64,000 bases of DNA from contig NOWV01000100.1 of NCBI GenBank assembly GCA_003344405.1, positions 186,001-250,000 of the forward strand. The letters run 5' to 3'. The position numbers were made by a program, and so were the translations under genes. Under the pieces are notes generated by a model, which saw nothing but the letters and a program-made list of their open reading frames with translations, searched no databases and was not told the origin of the DNA. This DNA comes from Trichoplax sp. H2 (Eukaryota). This document shows positions 27,107 through 40,091 of the stretch, one piece after another (position 1 is the stretch's first letter; each line of letters starts with the position of its first letter).

Positions 27107-28204
27107 TTAAACTGAATAACTATTATGGCGTGAATAATGGTCGTTATAGCAAAAATCGCGAAATAGTTTAACTTGGTGAACAGCTAATTTATTATTTGTA
27201 TAATTAGATTGACTTAGTTCCATAGAAGAATTTCGTTCACGTCTTGAAAGAAAATTCCTTGCGAAAGAGTCACGAAATGACTGATGAGATCGAGCATAAA
27301 TAATAGGATTAATAGCACCATTAACGTAACTTACAACGTGAGCAAAGGAATAAACAATTCGAAATGTATTAATATTTTGTGAAATTATCCTTGGCGCAAA
27401 GGTAATTAACAAGAAACATGTATAAAGAGGAATCCAACAGATGAACATCAAACCGACAATAATAACTAACATTTTAAATACTTTCTTATTAATTCGATTG
27501 AATGTTTGACGATTTTGACTTGCTTGGCGGCCCTGGCGATCTTTTAAGAAGACACCAACACGCCAATATAATATACTGGTAGTACATAGCGGTAGAATAA
27601 AAATCAGCACAGTTAACGAAATGATGTAGACTTGATCCAATATAGCCCGTAAGGATCGATTCGCATGGAAGACATGCACACATACTTGGACACCATTTAA
27701 TACGTAGTAGTTCACGCTGGCAATAATTGGTAATGCAGTTAATATAGCTGCAATCCATATTACACCGATAATCCAAAAAGTGGTACGGGCAGTAATCTTG
27801 CGTTTATGTGGATGACAAATATAACGATAGCGTTCAATGGCGATAATCATAGCTGTAAAGCCCGATGCAGCTACAAAAGCATTTGGTAAGCCATGAAAGA
27901 TGTGGCATGCTATACGTCCAAAAACCCAATTTCTCTTGGTTATATTACGACTAAAATTAACTGGCATGGTAATTAGTGTAACACATAAATCACAAATTGC
28001 CAAGTTTACAATTAGGATATTCATCGGGATTCTCATACGTCGCCTTTTATCCAATATATAGCAAACTACAACTAAAGAATTGCCAACGGCAGACATTATA
28101 AATATTATGCTGTAAAGTGTACTTAAAATGATAGTATAAGCTAGTGGTTGCTGGAACGTTACTTTCGTTGTTGGATAGATGGTCGTGTAATTGCTAACAG
28201 CCAT
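27107..28204 (-). CDS. Intronless rhodopsin-like (class A) GPCR, peptide-receptor-like, 365 aa
   Basis: Seven hydrophobic segments with GN (TM1), NLAICD (TM2), WVFGRIAC (ECL1/TM3), IERY, TM4 W, FILP (TM5), CWIP (TM6), NPIIY (TM7) and helix-8 FR; N-terminal NYT sequon. Confidence 0.96.
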   Translation of the reverse strand: MAVSNYTTIYPTTKVTFQQPLAYTIILSTLYSIIFIMSAVGNSLVVVCYILDKRRRMRIPMNILIVNLAICDLCVTLITMPVNFSRNITKRNWVFGRIACHIFHGLPNAFVAASGFTAMIIAIERYRYICHPHKRKITARTTFWIIGVIWIAAILTALPIIASVNYYVLNGVQVCVHVFHANRSLRAILDQVYIISLTVLIFILPLCTTSILYWRVGVFLKDRQGRQASQNRQTFNRINKKVFKMLVIIVGLMFICWIPLYTCFLLITFAPRIISQNINTFRIVYSFAHVVSYVNGAINPIIYARSHQSFRDSFARNFLSRRERNSSMELSQSNYTNNKLAVHQVKLFRDFCYNDHYSRHNSYSV

Positions 28205-29632
28205 ATTTTTACCATTGATCTTAATCTGAGCAAATCGGTATCACGGAGAAGAATTTTTTTAATAGGCAGATGAATCAGCAGTTTTGAAGGACCAATTAAT
28301 AATGTATCTGGTCTTGAATCACTTCGTAAAATGAAGAAATCATTGGATCATCATTGCCAAGAGGAATACACACCGCTAGCTAAATTTCTAATCATTTAAT
28401 AGTATATCCCATCAGCAGTATAATCCAATCAAAATCTAGACTAAACCTGGTGTTGTACCCTCGTCGTAAAGAAGGTAAGCTAGTCCGTCAAAATTTCACG
28501 GAATAGCTAAATAGTTTATGCATACGAAAGTAGCAATCTGTTAAGTCAAAATCGATATTTACCTGAGATGGAGATGATATTTAATTGGTTGTGCATTTAT
28601 ATGTCAATATTGCAATACTGTATCCGACCTTCAACTTATTGCTATCATCAATAAGGTCATCAGGATAATCTAGATCATTATCAAAGCGTAGTATTTAGTC
28701 GTAATGGTATCGATGCAGAAAACAAAAGAGGATAGTCTGATTAATTAAAATACGATCATGGAACAAATCAAGCCTAGTATAGAAATAAAGATAGAATGAA
28801 TCCAATGAGGTATTGAAAAGTAGATCTGGGGTTCATATATTATCTAGAAATTTCTCTATTAAATATGATCTGTAGCGATAGGATAATCGTAATCTACTTT
28901 AGCATTAGCTTAACTTGAGTCTTAGCAATGTTGAAGGCGCCAAATTTTAGCATTAATGCAAAATTAACACAATCATATCAAACAAAGTTACACTTATAAA
29001 TGCCCATTTATAAGGTATTCAATAAAATATGAAATCGGAAAATTATCCATCCTTATAGATCATAGCGAATTGATGTATTGATATAGCAAAAAGTCCTTTT
29101 TGCTATGGAACAGACCTAATAAACAATTGACTACAAATAAAAATATTGGCGTAACATAAGACTAGCATATGCCTTTCCTTGTTTTATCAATGTTGTATTT
29201 ACTTAACCGAATTGATACTAAAAATATAAGATTCAAGGCGCAATTAGAATAACAAGAGTTCATTCAAATTGTCCCATTTATTCATCATGATTTATGACGT
29301 TATAAAACGTGGTATACAAGTAGTAATTCAATTTGGTAATGAATAAGCCCACTGCTAAAAACTATGTTATTATACATCCATCAAGCAAATATATTACAAT
29401 TTAATGCTATATCGATTGGCTTAACGTTCCATTTCGCTGTGTTCGAAATTATCTACACATGTGCATGCACAATCCTTGGCCATCTTTCAATCTAATGAAT
29501 ATAATGTTTACAACGTAACAGATGATCCATTATTATTTACTAATATAATCCTATTACTAATGTAGCATCCTAGAATACTAATTCAATCTCGACGTTTTGG
29601 GCTGTACAGCCTTAATAACTATATTGTCATTC

Positions 29633-32600
29633 TTATATTTTGCCAGTGAATTTATAAAACTTAAGATAGTCCGCATGTAATGCTTTCAGCGAATCTTTCA
29701 TAGTTTCCTTGACGCACGAATTCAAGTAAGTAAAATCCGAATCGTGGCAAAATTCAATAATCTGAAATATCCCTTCATGTAGTAGTTGCTGAATAGAAAA
29801 ATAATTGAAAACAGGTTATTACTTTTCTAATCAAATATTGAAGGCGATTAAACATTAGTTAGCTAAAATCAATACGATAAACTTCATATGTGTAACCCAT
29901 TTCATACCTTCAATTTAAATTCGAGGACGCATGGAGATACGTAATAAATGTAATCAGCTACTAGATGAAGGCGGGCCTAGCACCATTGTAAGGCAAAACA
30001 AGTCTCAAAGCCTGTCAAAAAGTTTATGTTGGCTTATAATTTTTTCCTAAATTGTTAGCTTACCTTTCCCGCCAATTCTTTTTGCTTACTAATATCACCA
30101 TATAATCTGATATGCCAAGGGATACAGAAATAAAATTAAATGTAAGTTATTATCTAATGATACTACAAGAAATTGTTTTAATAGCATGTGAGGATTTTAC
30201 AACAAACAAACAAGTACACCAACCTTGTCAAACACAAAATACAATTTCTAATAGACAATGGTGATAATTGATGTAATCCTTCCGGTGAGTAATTGTTTAT
30301 TCTAGAGGTGAAATGAACTAATAGCACTGGAAATGATTAAGGAAGAGCGATCTTAAAGTAGTAAAAGTTAGCTAGTTAATATATTTCTAGACAATAGCAA
30401 CATCATAAAGGATATTTCTAACGCTGGCAACGCAAATTGCCAAGTTTTTATAGGCCAAATTCGGAAAATTGAATGTAATTGCACTTAATATTGCTGAAAT
30501 TGCATCGAATATATCTGGAAAGCTATTGAGACAACATAATTTAAAAGAAGATGTTTGATTCAAAATGCAATCACCTCCATGAAATCCTTTCAACAAAACT
30601 TCCAAATAAATGTGTTTCAAAATATTAACTATGAGCGCAGGTAAGGCACTTACTTGCTGCTTATACAATTCTTTTCATATGGCCATGTGGAGCATATTTG
30701 AAAGGCACTCCTCACTGCATCTCTTGTTAAAGAGTTCTAGTAAACCGAGTAAAATCATTTGTAATGTTGATGAAGCCTTTAGTGAACAGACCTTACAGAT
30801 TACTATAAAGACTGAAAACGTTCGCTAACCTTCCCTTGCGTTAATAGTTGTTTAATCAGTTTCAAAATGAGAAGACAAGTCTCACTATCCAACAACTTAT
30901 TTGACATGCCTTCCAAGTTATATGACATACGAACTAAAGTCAATAGTAACTGAAACGGAATACCACACCGATAAAAGAAATTACGACTCTATTAGCTGCA
31001 TTTAAACCATTCACTAGATCAATATCTATTACACTCACTGTTGAAAATGCATCTTTATACTCTGCCTTCTTTCGCTCTATTGTTAGTTTAGCAATCAATT
31101 CTGTCCATACATACAAGCGCACTTTCAGATTTGATAAGTCCAAAATCAGATTGTCTGAGACCTACAATTGGCAATAAATCAACTCATGAGCTATAATATC
31201 ACGACAAAAGCTGTCTAAAAATATAGGATCGATATTTAAACCCAAATCGTTCTATACAGTATGTCATAAGCAACAGCTCTCTTAACATGTATTATATATA
31301 CTCGTATTATTAACTATACCGTTTTAGTTTCACATAGTAAATTATCAAAAGTTGATGTATTTTCCCTCGAAAATGATTTCACAACCAGCTTGACAATGGC
31401 TTGTTGTAGACAGTTACGAAATTCAGCGACTAAGAGAAAAGTTAAATATGTGGCATTTACTAAATTTCACTCATACTGCCTTCCTAAACTAGATAAGTAC
31501 GCACAACTCGAGGCGAGTAAAGAAAAATTTCAAACATTAAATATTATTTTCAATGAAACCTTCATTAATTTGATGGTTGTCGATTTTAGTAGATGAACTG
31601 TTTCTTAAGCCATTTGATTGCGTCAGCAGTTTTAATAATAATGTTATGAAATTATTGACCGTATTAGACGTTTCCTCATCGTTTGTTTCATAATGATGAT
31701 ACTCCAAGAACGTGGATGTATACATAACGTAAGATGTACATAACGCTGAGTCATTCTAAAAATAAAATAAGTTTCAAAGTAAATTACATACCTACACGCC
31801 ACTTAAAAACGCCAACTAAGCATTAATACTTACAATTAACACCGTATCTTCTAAAAGTGGCACCAAATCACTCGCAAAATTTGACAATTCTTGGAAAGCA
31901 ATTTTATACAAATCGTGTATTTCCTGATTGAAACTGAATTCGACACTGTAACATAGCACATTTAAGATTTTGAGCACTTCTAATTGGAGGAATTATACCG
32001 TAGTACAAAAATTATACTTACTTAGGTTCAACTAACTGTAACAACAATCGAAAAATATCTATCAAGATTCGACAACTCTTAAATATATTAACAACATCTC
32101 CCTTCGCTTCCACTATTCTACCATCTTTACTCTTTATTTTCGATGCTTTGCTTAACTTTAAACGTTTGGCTACAGCAAATATAAGTACAATTATTCCATA
32201 CATGGTACTCTTCAAATGAATTATAATGATTGTATGAAAATTAAAATTAACAACATACTTTTCGGTACTTCATCAGACTGGTACAAGATATGACCACAAA
32301 TTTTAAATAATATGATGAAATTATCTCTTTCTTGGTTAAAAATTGCTACAGCTTCCTGGCTTAACGCAATCTAAAGTCCAAATTATATTGCACAATTGTC
32401 AATAATAAATTTTCTACTTTAATTGAACTACTTTAGCTTTTTAGCTCTAACCTGTTCCAACACCGAAAATATAAATTTCAGAAGGAGACTGTGTTCCAAG
32501 ATAACCTGTTCTATTTCAGAAGTTGAAGAAACCTGCATAATTTCTTGAACGAAATCATCAATCCGTGGCCTCAGCTATGAAACATTAATTCAGAATGAAT

Positions 32601-35600
32601 CTACTAGCATAATACAGTAACTAGCGATTGCTGCTTTCGCAGTTTTATCTATAGAAGGCAAAGAATACCTGTTTTATTAAATTAGAGGCAAATTTAAGTA
32701 ATGTTTTACCACCTAGCCAGTTACGAAAAGCAGAGCTAACGATATCTGTTGTGATTTTGTGCAATTCTTTTGTTTCTTTAGAGCTCACTCGTCGATCAGC
32801 GCTAGCATTTTTCTATCATTGGATTATCACAAAAGATTAATCAATAAATCCTAGTTTCTCAATAGAGATTTACCAATATGAACTATTTACCGAATTTAGC
32901 GATGAAAGATCGGTCAATAAATGATTATCAAGAACCGTGAGAGGATTTAGTCTTTTAAGAAAGCGATGACAGGTATTAATCAATGTTATACGAGGATTCA
33001 AGAGAAGCCACATTATCTGTCGCAATTCCTGTTGAAGGCGATATCTCCAGTCTATTTCCTGTAATAACCCATTGACGAAGTTATCAATGAATATTGTGTT
33101 ATATCACTAACAACTACAAAAGTATCATTGAAGTATATTAACGATAAATTTATATACAAAAATTAACAATATACCGTTTCCAAGGCGCCTGAAATAATCC
33201 AATCCCAACATATAAGAGATAGAAAACATCTGGTATAATTGACTGGGAGTAAACAATCCAAAGGAAGCATATAGAAAATCTAAACATTATTATAAGGCAA
33301 AAGAATTTGAAAAGGTTACTGCTTCTTTTACACAAACTCACAGTAAATTTGTTTAAATCGTATTTCAACTAGTTAGTTAATAAAAATTGATGCAGTACCA
33401 CTGTTTTAATAAATATGTTCAGTATTAAATACAAACCTTGATTAGTCTATGCATATCATTCAACGAGCTAAGTTCCTCAGAATGAAGCGGCTTATGAATG
33501 ATACACCATCTCATTTCACTAGCACCTATAAGCCTTTGAGCATGTTCTATAATATCCCAGGCTTCAGAGTTAACGGATTTACTTGCTTTGTCTTTAGGTA
33601 GTAACCGAGAAAGTTAAGGCACACAAAGATGAATAATAAAACTTCAGTAATAACACAAAGTACCATCTGAGCTAGGGTACAAAGATGAATAATAAAACTT
33701 CTATAATAACAAAAGTACCATCTGAGCTAGGGTAGTGAAGGGCACTCTGCCATTCAAATGATGGCCTAGCCAAATTACCAAGAGCTTCAAAGACTACGCT
33801 TTGCAGATTAAGAGAATTCCTTAATGATTAAAAATTAATCGGGTTACTACAAACTCATAATTATTACCTTATAATGATAAAAAATTATTACCTTATAGGA
33901 TTAAACAGTTGTTTCATTTCATCTAAAATACATGACATTAAGCACGACTGAAAAGGTTGTAAGTCGATCAATGTTGCTTGCATAATAGCTCCATAAGAAA
34001 TCGAATAATAACTGCTATTGCTATATGAATAAATCATAGAGCCAAATTGCTATAAGCTTAAGATTTTCGATATGAAAGTAACTTATAACATAAAATTAAT
34101 TACCGTTTAGTAGTACAACTGTTGGGGCAAGAGTACATCGTCTTAATTAGAGATCGGCATATATCTAATATTTGACTATTATTCAAATAAGCTATGTAAA
34201 ATGGCAACTTGTCCAACAATAATTTCCAAGAATAAAGAGGGAAAGTCTTTTCATTAATTACAAGCATCTAGTATGAAGAATAATCAATTGTTAGTGTACA
34301 TATTGAATTGTACACTGATATTATCCTTTAAGTCTTACCAATGCTACTGGGCTGCTATCTAAGTTCGCATTATCTTCAGAGTTAACATCATTTATCAATA
34401 AATCATTTTTATTAAATGGCAATTCATTGATAAAATATAGATAATCTTCAAAGACAAATGATTGTTCTTCATTCTGAGGCATCAATAACGAATACACCGA
34501 TCTTTGAACGGCATAAATTGTCTGTAAATAAATTGATAAGTCGTTACGAAGCCGATACTGTATAACAACCGCAGTGCAACAATTTACCACCTAAGAATGA
34601 TTAACATTATACGTACCAACAAATATCGAATCTTAAAGTTTTCTAATGCCAAATCACATTGCCTTTGTGACCAATTCACGACCTGAATTCTCTTATCCTT
34701 CCACTGCAGAGAAATTATCGCATTATACATATCTGTAGGTATTTCTTTACCATTACATTGAAAGGCAGTGAAAACTTCCAGCAACGTATAGGACATCAAT
34801 AAAGCCGAAAATTGGACATAGGAAATGAATTCGTAGTCCTGTGTTATCATACAACACAAACAGTGAAGTAAAAATTAATAATTAGAAAATATAAATCATC
34901 CCATGCTATGCCTATCATTAAATTGCAACAACCACCTTTCTAGTCGTTTCTGCCATACATTGTCGTAATGGCATTACAACTTTATGGCAGCAAGATTGAA
35001 GAAAGTCGATTACTGATTTTTTAACAGACAGCGGCAAGTCGCTTTGTGACGTTGTTAAAATTTTTGAATTAAGTAAGCAGCAGCATAACAGTGTTATCGC
35101 GTGTTGCATGCAACTATAGAAGACACCATTGAGTTTTCGCTCTTCGCTATTTTCGCCTAAATTTATAACATTCGCACAGGAAGGTTATCCCAGCTATTAT
35201 CTGTTATTTAAAGAAATAAAATAAAACATTTCTCACTAACCAACGAACTTCGACAAGTAATATTCGCAAATTTCGCCACTAATCAAGTTGCCAACATCGA
35301 TCGCACTAGTCGGAGTTAATTCACGGATGCATTGTTCAAATCTTTGAAATATGTTAAACTCGGGCTTAGTCTACATAATTCGTAAATTTTACAAACATGA
35401 GAATACCTTGAGCTATTATTAAAATTTCCACTACTACGAGTATACCTTGTCAAAAAATTAACAGGTAAATTAAAAACTGTAACCATGTCTGAATTTTCCA
35501 GAATTGTACGAAAACAAGTAAATAGAATAGATAATAATTTGTCCACCTAAGATAAAAAAATTAAACCAAATTGCATTATTTTTCGTCTTATGCATATATT

Positions 35601-38600
35601 TTAGTATGTAATATCCCGGTCATAAATCTCATAAACCAATAATTAAGAAATGCTGCGCCTGATATATTGATATATCGAAAATCATAGTTGGTAATTCACT
35701 TCATTTATCCACACCTGGTGAAGTTTAGAATATGTTGATAGTAACTGAACTAGGAAAATTCCATCTTTGGTGTCTATTACTTCATTAACAGAGTCCTAAA
35801 TCATGGGTAACATTATATGATTATCGTAATGAAGTATTATAGATACCTGTGGATTCATAAAATCTAGCACACTCACATCAGATGTAAACATAAAAGACAA
35901 TATTCGGACCAAGTGTGATTCCATAGATCGATAATTTAACTTAAGAAAGGTTCGCAGACACGACAAGACATCCATATTTATTCTATCAAAAGAAATTCTT
36001 ATTATAGCGGACCAAATATCATGCTAAGGACTAAACTCATTTAATATCAGTGACTATCATCATAAAATAGAGACCTTCCTACTAAATCTTCACATCTATT
36101 TTTCATCCATGTAAGCTGAGTATTACCAGCTACGCTATCAACAGAGGGCTGCAACGCAAAATTATCTTACTAAGATTTTCAATTGAAGAATGAGATGTAA
36201 CTTATTCCATAATTCCAGATATAGGTACTATTTCTATAAATTTACTATACCTGATAGATATCAAACTTTATGACGATATCAGTTAAAGCATTAAATGCAG
36301 ATGCAGTATTTTGACGTATAGTTTGATTTTGATCAAACATTTTCTCTAGTTGAATTAACTTTACCAACTCTACGTAGAAATTGAATTCCGCTGAAGTAAC
36401 AATTTTCTTCATCTCTCTAAATAAAATTTAAGACAGAATTTGAATCTTCTTAGGAATTACATGACTGATGGAGCAAATATGGAAAATATCAACAATGCAC
36501 CTGCTGGATTGCAAATATTGTTCATATATAAAAGGTAAGGAAACCAACGCTGATCTACTGAGGTTAAGATTAAGTTCTAGCTGTTGAAGTTAAATTAAGA
36601 GCTACATTTAATGTCGAATAGGAAATGTAATGACTTTAACAAAGCAAAATTGCGCAATGATTACATTAAAAGATATCTTTCGGCATAATTCTGTATCTTC
36701 ATTTCTAATTAAATTCAATATTCTAAATAAAATTTCATGGTAACTTAAATTCAATTCACGTCCACTGTTGGAGACAGGATGTCTAAAACCCATTTGGTAA
36801 TCTGTTAGATGATCTCTATAAATAATATTAACAGATTGATTAAAATTATTTTTTTTAAAATTGATACTATTCATATTAGAAGTTATACCCATTCATTCAT
36901 TCAGAATTACCTATGAAATAATATCCCAGCCAGAAGTCTTTCTACTGCATTGAGTACATTTTCTAGCAATTTTGTATTATATGGCATCTGAGATGTAAGT
37001 AATTGCTGAAGGCTATATCGAAGGACAATATTGTTTGCCAGTAGCAATTCGCAATATACTACAAAGACCTACGCGAGACGGTGAACACACATGTCATACA
37101 GCTTGCAACAGTAGCTGGAAGTTACAAAAATTTGAGCTATTAGCTAAGCTACGGACCTTTTTTTGATTCGATTGCTGACTAAGCATACGGTTAGTGTATT
37201 GAATAATGCACAGTAATAAATTGAGTATCGTCTCGCTGAACGAGTTTTCATTCTTGGTTGATACAATCCACAGAGCAATAAAGGAAGCAAGAAAGGTCGC
37301 CTATCAATTTTAGCAGTATCTAATTAGTATAGGCTAAGTATAAAGTTACTTTGCAATATAATCAACTCAAATGATATTACTAACAAGTCCTTCGATATTC
37401 AAACTTGCAATATCAATGTTCAAATTGGCTTGTTTATTGAAAAGGCTCCCACAGCAAGATAAAAGTATTTTCATTTCATCTTGAAAACCGGTGTTCTGAT
37501 GGTTATCAGCTTTGATAACCTGCAACATTCTTTCAGCTAATGCCTACAGTAGCAGTTTACAAATTAAAAGATGCATGGCCTATGATTTGGAAGCTCATCA
37601 TCGACAGTACTATTTTACGAAGATTTACAATGGCTGTTCCCGAATTAGTATAAATTGAGCTTTGTCCATAGGCTTAGTAAGCAGTGAAATAATCTTAGAG
37701 GTTGTATAGAATAACACCTTCAGATATGAAGATACGCACTCATCATTAAGTACATACTAGTCCTACACCGTGTCGCGTTGCTGACAAATTACACATGTTG
37801 TATTAAGGAGTATTGCACTGTACAACATTGCAGACACTTTACTTATATTTCCATTTCAATAATACACATTCTAGCCATACTATACTGCAGTTAGTCCTAA
37901 GTTACGAATTTGGTCGCATTACTTGCGTGCAACATTACCTAAATACTAACTAACCTGGAGAATCAGAGCTTTAACTGTACCATGATTAGACATTGTTGGC
38001 AAGATGCTATCAAACAACTCCCATAGCATTTGCGTTGCGGCCCCTCTGTCTTGTGATCTGTGATATTTAAGTTTGAAATTTAATTGTATCTACCACACAC
38101 AAATCACAAATGCATCATCTCCAATATCACATTAACTAGTATTTATAACCTTATTAGCTTCTAGTGAGTTCTAAGTCATTATTCCAGACTGACTATAATA
38201 GGGTCTACAGTTACTATCATGTCACATACGTAAGTACTTGTCAAGAGCTACATCGTCATGTTAATTATCTACTACACTTATTTCTATTAAAATCACAAAT
38301 TAATGAATACCAATTTACAATAATATCTAGCTAGTGAAAATGATAATGTACTACGATACTGCTGTATGAATTAAGCAAACTCGTCTGGTAAAATCTAGTT
38401 TTCAAATGCTTGATTACATGCGTGCAATAGTAAATATGAACTCGCCATGTCCTTGTGCTAGCAGATAAGAAGTCAAGCGCTGATCAGTTCAAGATTTTTC
38501 AACCATTTCCTACAAATATCATTTTGAACTTAATAGGAATCTAGCATTGCAATACCTTCTGCTAATAGTTATCAGCTGATCTACCACCCAATCACAAACA

Positions 38601-38737
38601 ACTTGAAACTTATTCGGTATAAATAATGTTGAATTATCTGGATGCCAAAGTGCCGTCTTAATCCATGCAATTTTATCCTCCAATTTAATGCTCGAATTGC
38701 GTAATTGTGGCGGTACAAATGTCTTCCAGCTCATCAT
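29633..38737 (-). CDS. URB2: Unhealthy ribosome biogenesis protein 2 homolog (URB2/Npa2), many exons
   Basis: N-terminus LEDKIAWIKTALW..FIPNKFQVVCDW resembles the URB2 N-terminal WEDKLKLA..FLPNKEQVLLDW motif. The last exon reads QLLHEGIFQIIEFC...LKALHADYLKFYKFTGKI* (stop 29633-29635), typical of the Urb2 C-terminal domain. Many minus-strand exon fragments lie between; internal exons were only partly traced. Confidence 0.88.
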
Positions 38738-39653
38738 GATGTAGACTATAAATGAGGTATGAAGTTATTATGATTAAAGCAACTCTAAATAAGATCTCAA
38801 CTGCACTTTTATAGTCGAGAATTTCCAAATGGATGCGATTGAGCAGTTCCTGTTCAGCAATTTCCGCTCGCTTATTCAGCTGGCTGCAAGTACCCCCTTA
38901 GCTAAACAGCATGGTTGTAATGCATACTCAGTCACCGTACACTGTACAATTAGTACAGACACACTGGATTATAATGTCCTGTATTGAACAGTAACCTAAC
39001 TTTGATAGTATTGTCTATCTTAACCTTAATTACGTACCGTAGAGTCATACAGTACATTATACTGAACGGAGCAGCGAGCAAGGAGCTGCCTGCTGCAGCT
39101 CATGGAGGCTCCGAGCTATCGACTAGTACGTTTATAGCGATATTGGCGACTATCTTAATGCTTAAAATGCAATAAGTGGACAAGATCTTGAAATTGATGC
39201 TGCTATTATAACGTAGGCTATATCGCATTTCCAATAGTTAACGTTTAAAATCCATGAGATTGATGAGAATAATTCATAGATTGCATTTCGGATTGTGAAC
39301 GTTTAATTAATTAAACCCAATAAATCTACCAAACTGTTGGGAAGATTTTAGTATTCAAGTAGTATGTAGTGTCTGGTAGGTATACAGCATGTTACAATCA
39401 ACTATAATTTCCTAGTTGTTTAAAATTTAATGCAATTTATGCGAAATTTAAAGTACAATCATTCCTCAGCCACCCTTTGTCGTAAAAATACGACCTTAAT
39501 TATTGATAGGAGATTAAGATATCCTAAAATTTATTTAGGGAAAGGCTCCTACAGTGCTATTTAGAAGGAGCAACTAATTCATCAGAATGACTATGCTCTT
39601 ACTAAACAAAATTTGGGAAATTTTAAAAAGTTGCAGCAAATCTTAGATAGAGC

Positions 39654-39757
39654 GAGCTCAGATCAAGTGTAATTGCCATTCATTAGCAGTATATGTCTAT
39701 ACCATAAAAAGTATAGCATACCACTTCGGTCAATTAAGAATTGCTTCATCATAGCTC
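39654..39757 (-). ncRNA. SCARNA9: Box C/D guide RNA domain, mgU2-30-like (3' half of SCARNA9); predicted target U2 snRNA Am30
   Basis: Minus strand: GAGC-U-AUGAUGA (box C 39746-39752) ... UACACUUGAU-CUGA (box D 39658-39661)-GCUC with a terminal stem. The 10-nt guide is complementary to conserved U2 nt 26-35 (AUCAAGUGUA); the D+5 rule gives A30. Confidence 0.85.
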
Positions 39758-40008
39758 AAATTATACAATAAACAGAAGAGAAAAACATACAGTAACATTA
39801 CAGTATTGCGTGAAGACTATTAACAAATATTAAAGAACTATACAATCTATCCTAAAATCACTACTCACGCTTACTCAAAATCTAGATACTACAGTATGTA
39901 TCCAACTGTCATTAAAGTAGCAGCAATGACAACTACCATGTTGTAAATTATCACTACTGCACTATACAATTTACAATAAAACAAAAAAATCAATAATATA
40001 ATTTAATC

Positions 40009-40091
40009 GCTTAAGTAATAGATTCGGCTAGTGTTATCATCATTACGCTTCAAAGCGCTTCAGTATTGGCTAGAGGTCTTCATGAATAAGC
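40009..40091 (-). ncRNA. SCARNA9: Box C/D guide RNA domain, mgU2-19-like (5' half of SCARNA9); predicted target U2 snRNA Gm19
   Basis: Minus strand: box C variant AUGAAGA (40077-40083), guide CUAGCCAAUA, D' CUGA (40060-40063), hairpin GCGC-UUUGAA-GCGU, C' AUGAUGA (40037-40043). Guide pairs with U2 UUGGCUA; D'+5 gives G19. Flanks GCUUA/UAAGC can pair. Box D is non-canonical (CCGA candidate 40024-40027). Confidence 0.72.

Noticed and set aside
38510-38555. 46-nt first intron of URB2
   Set aside because: That acceptor leads to an in-frame stop; splicing to 38057 keeps frame and restores a URB2-like LW..FDSIL motif
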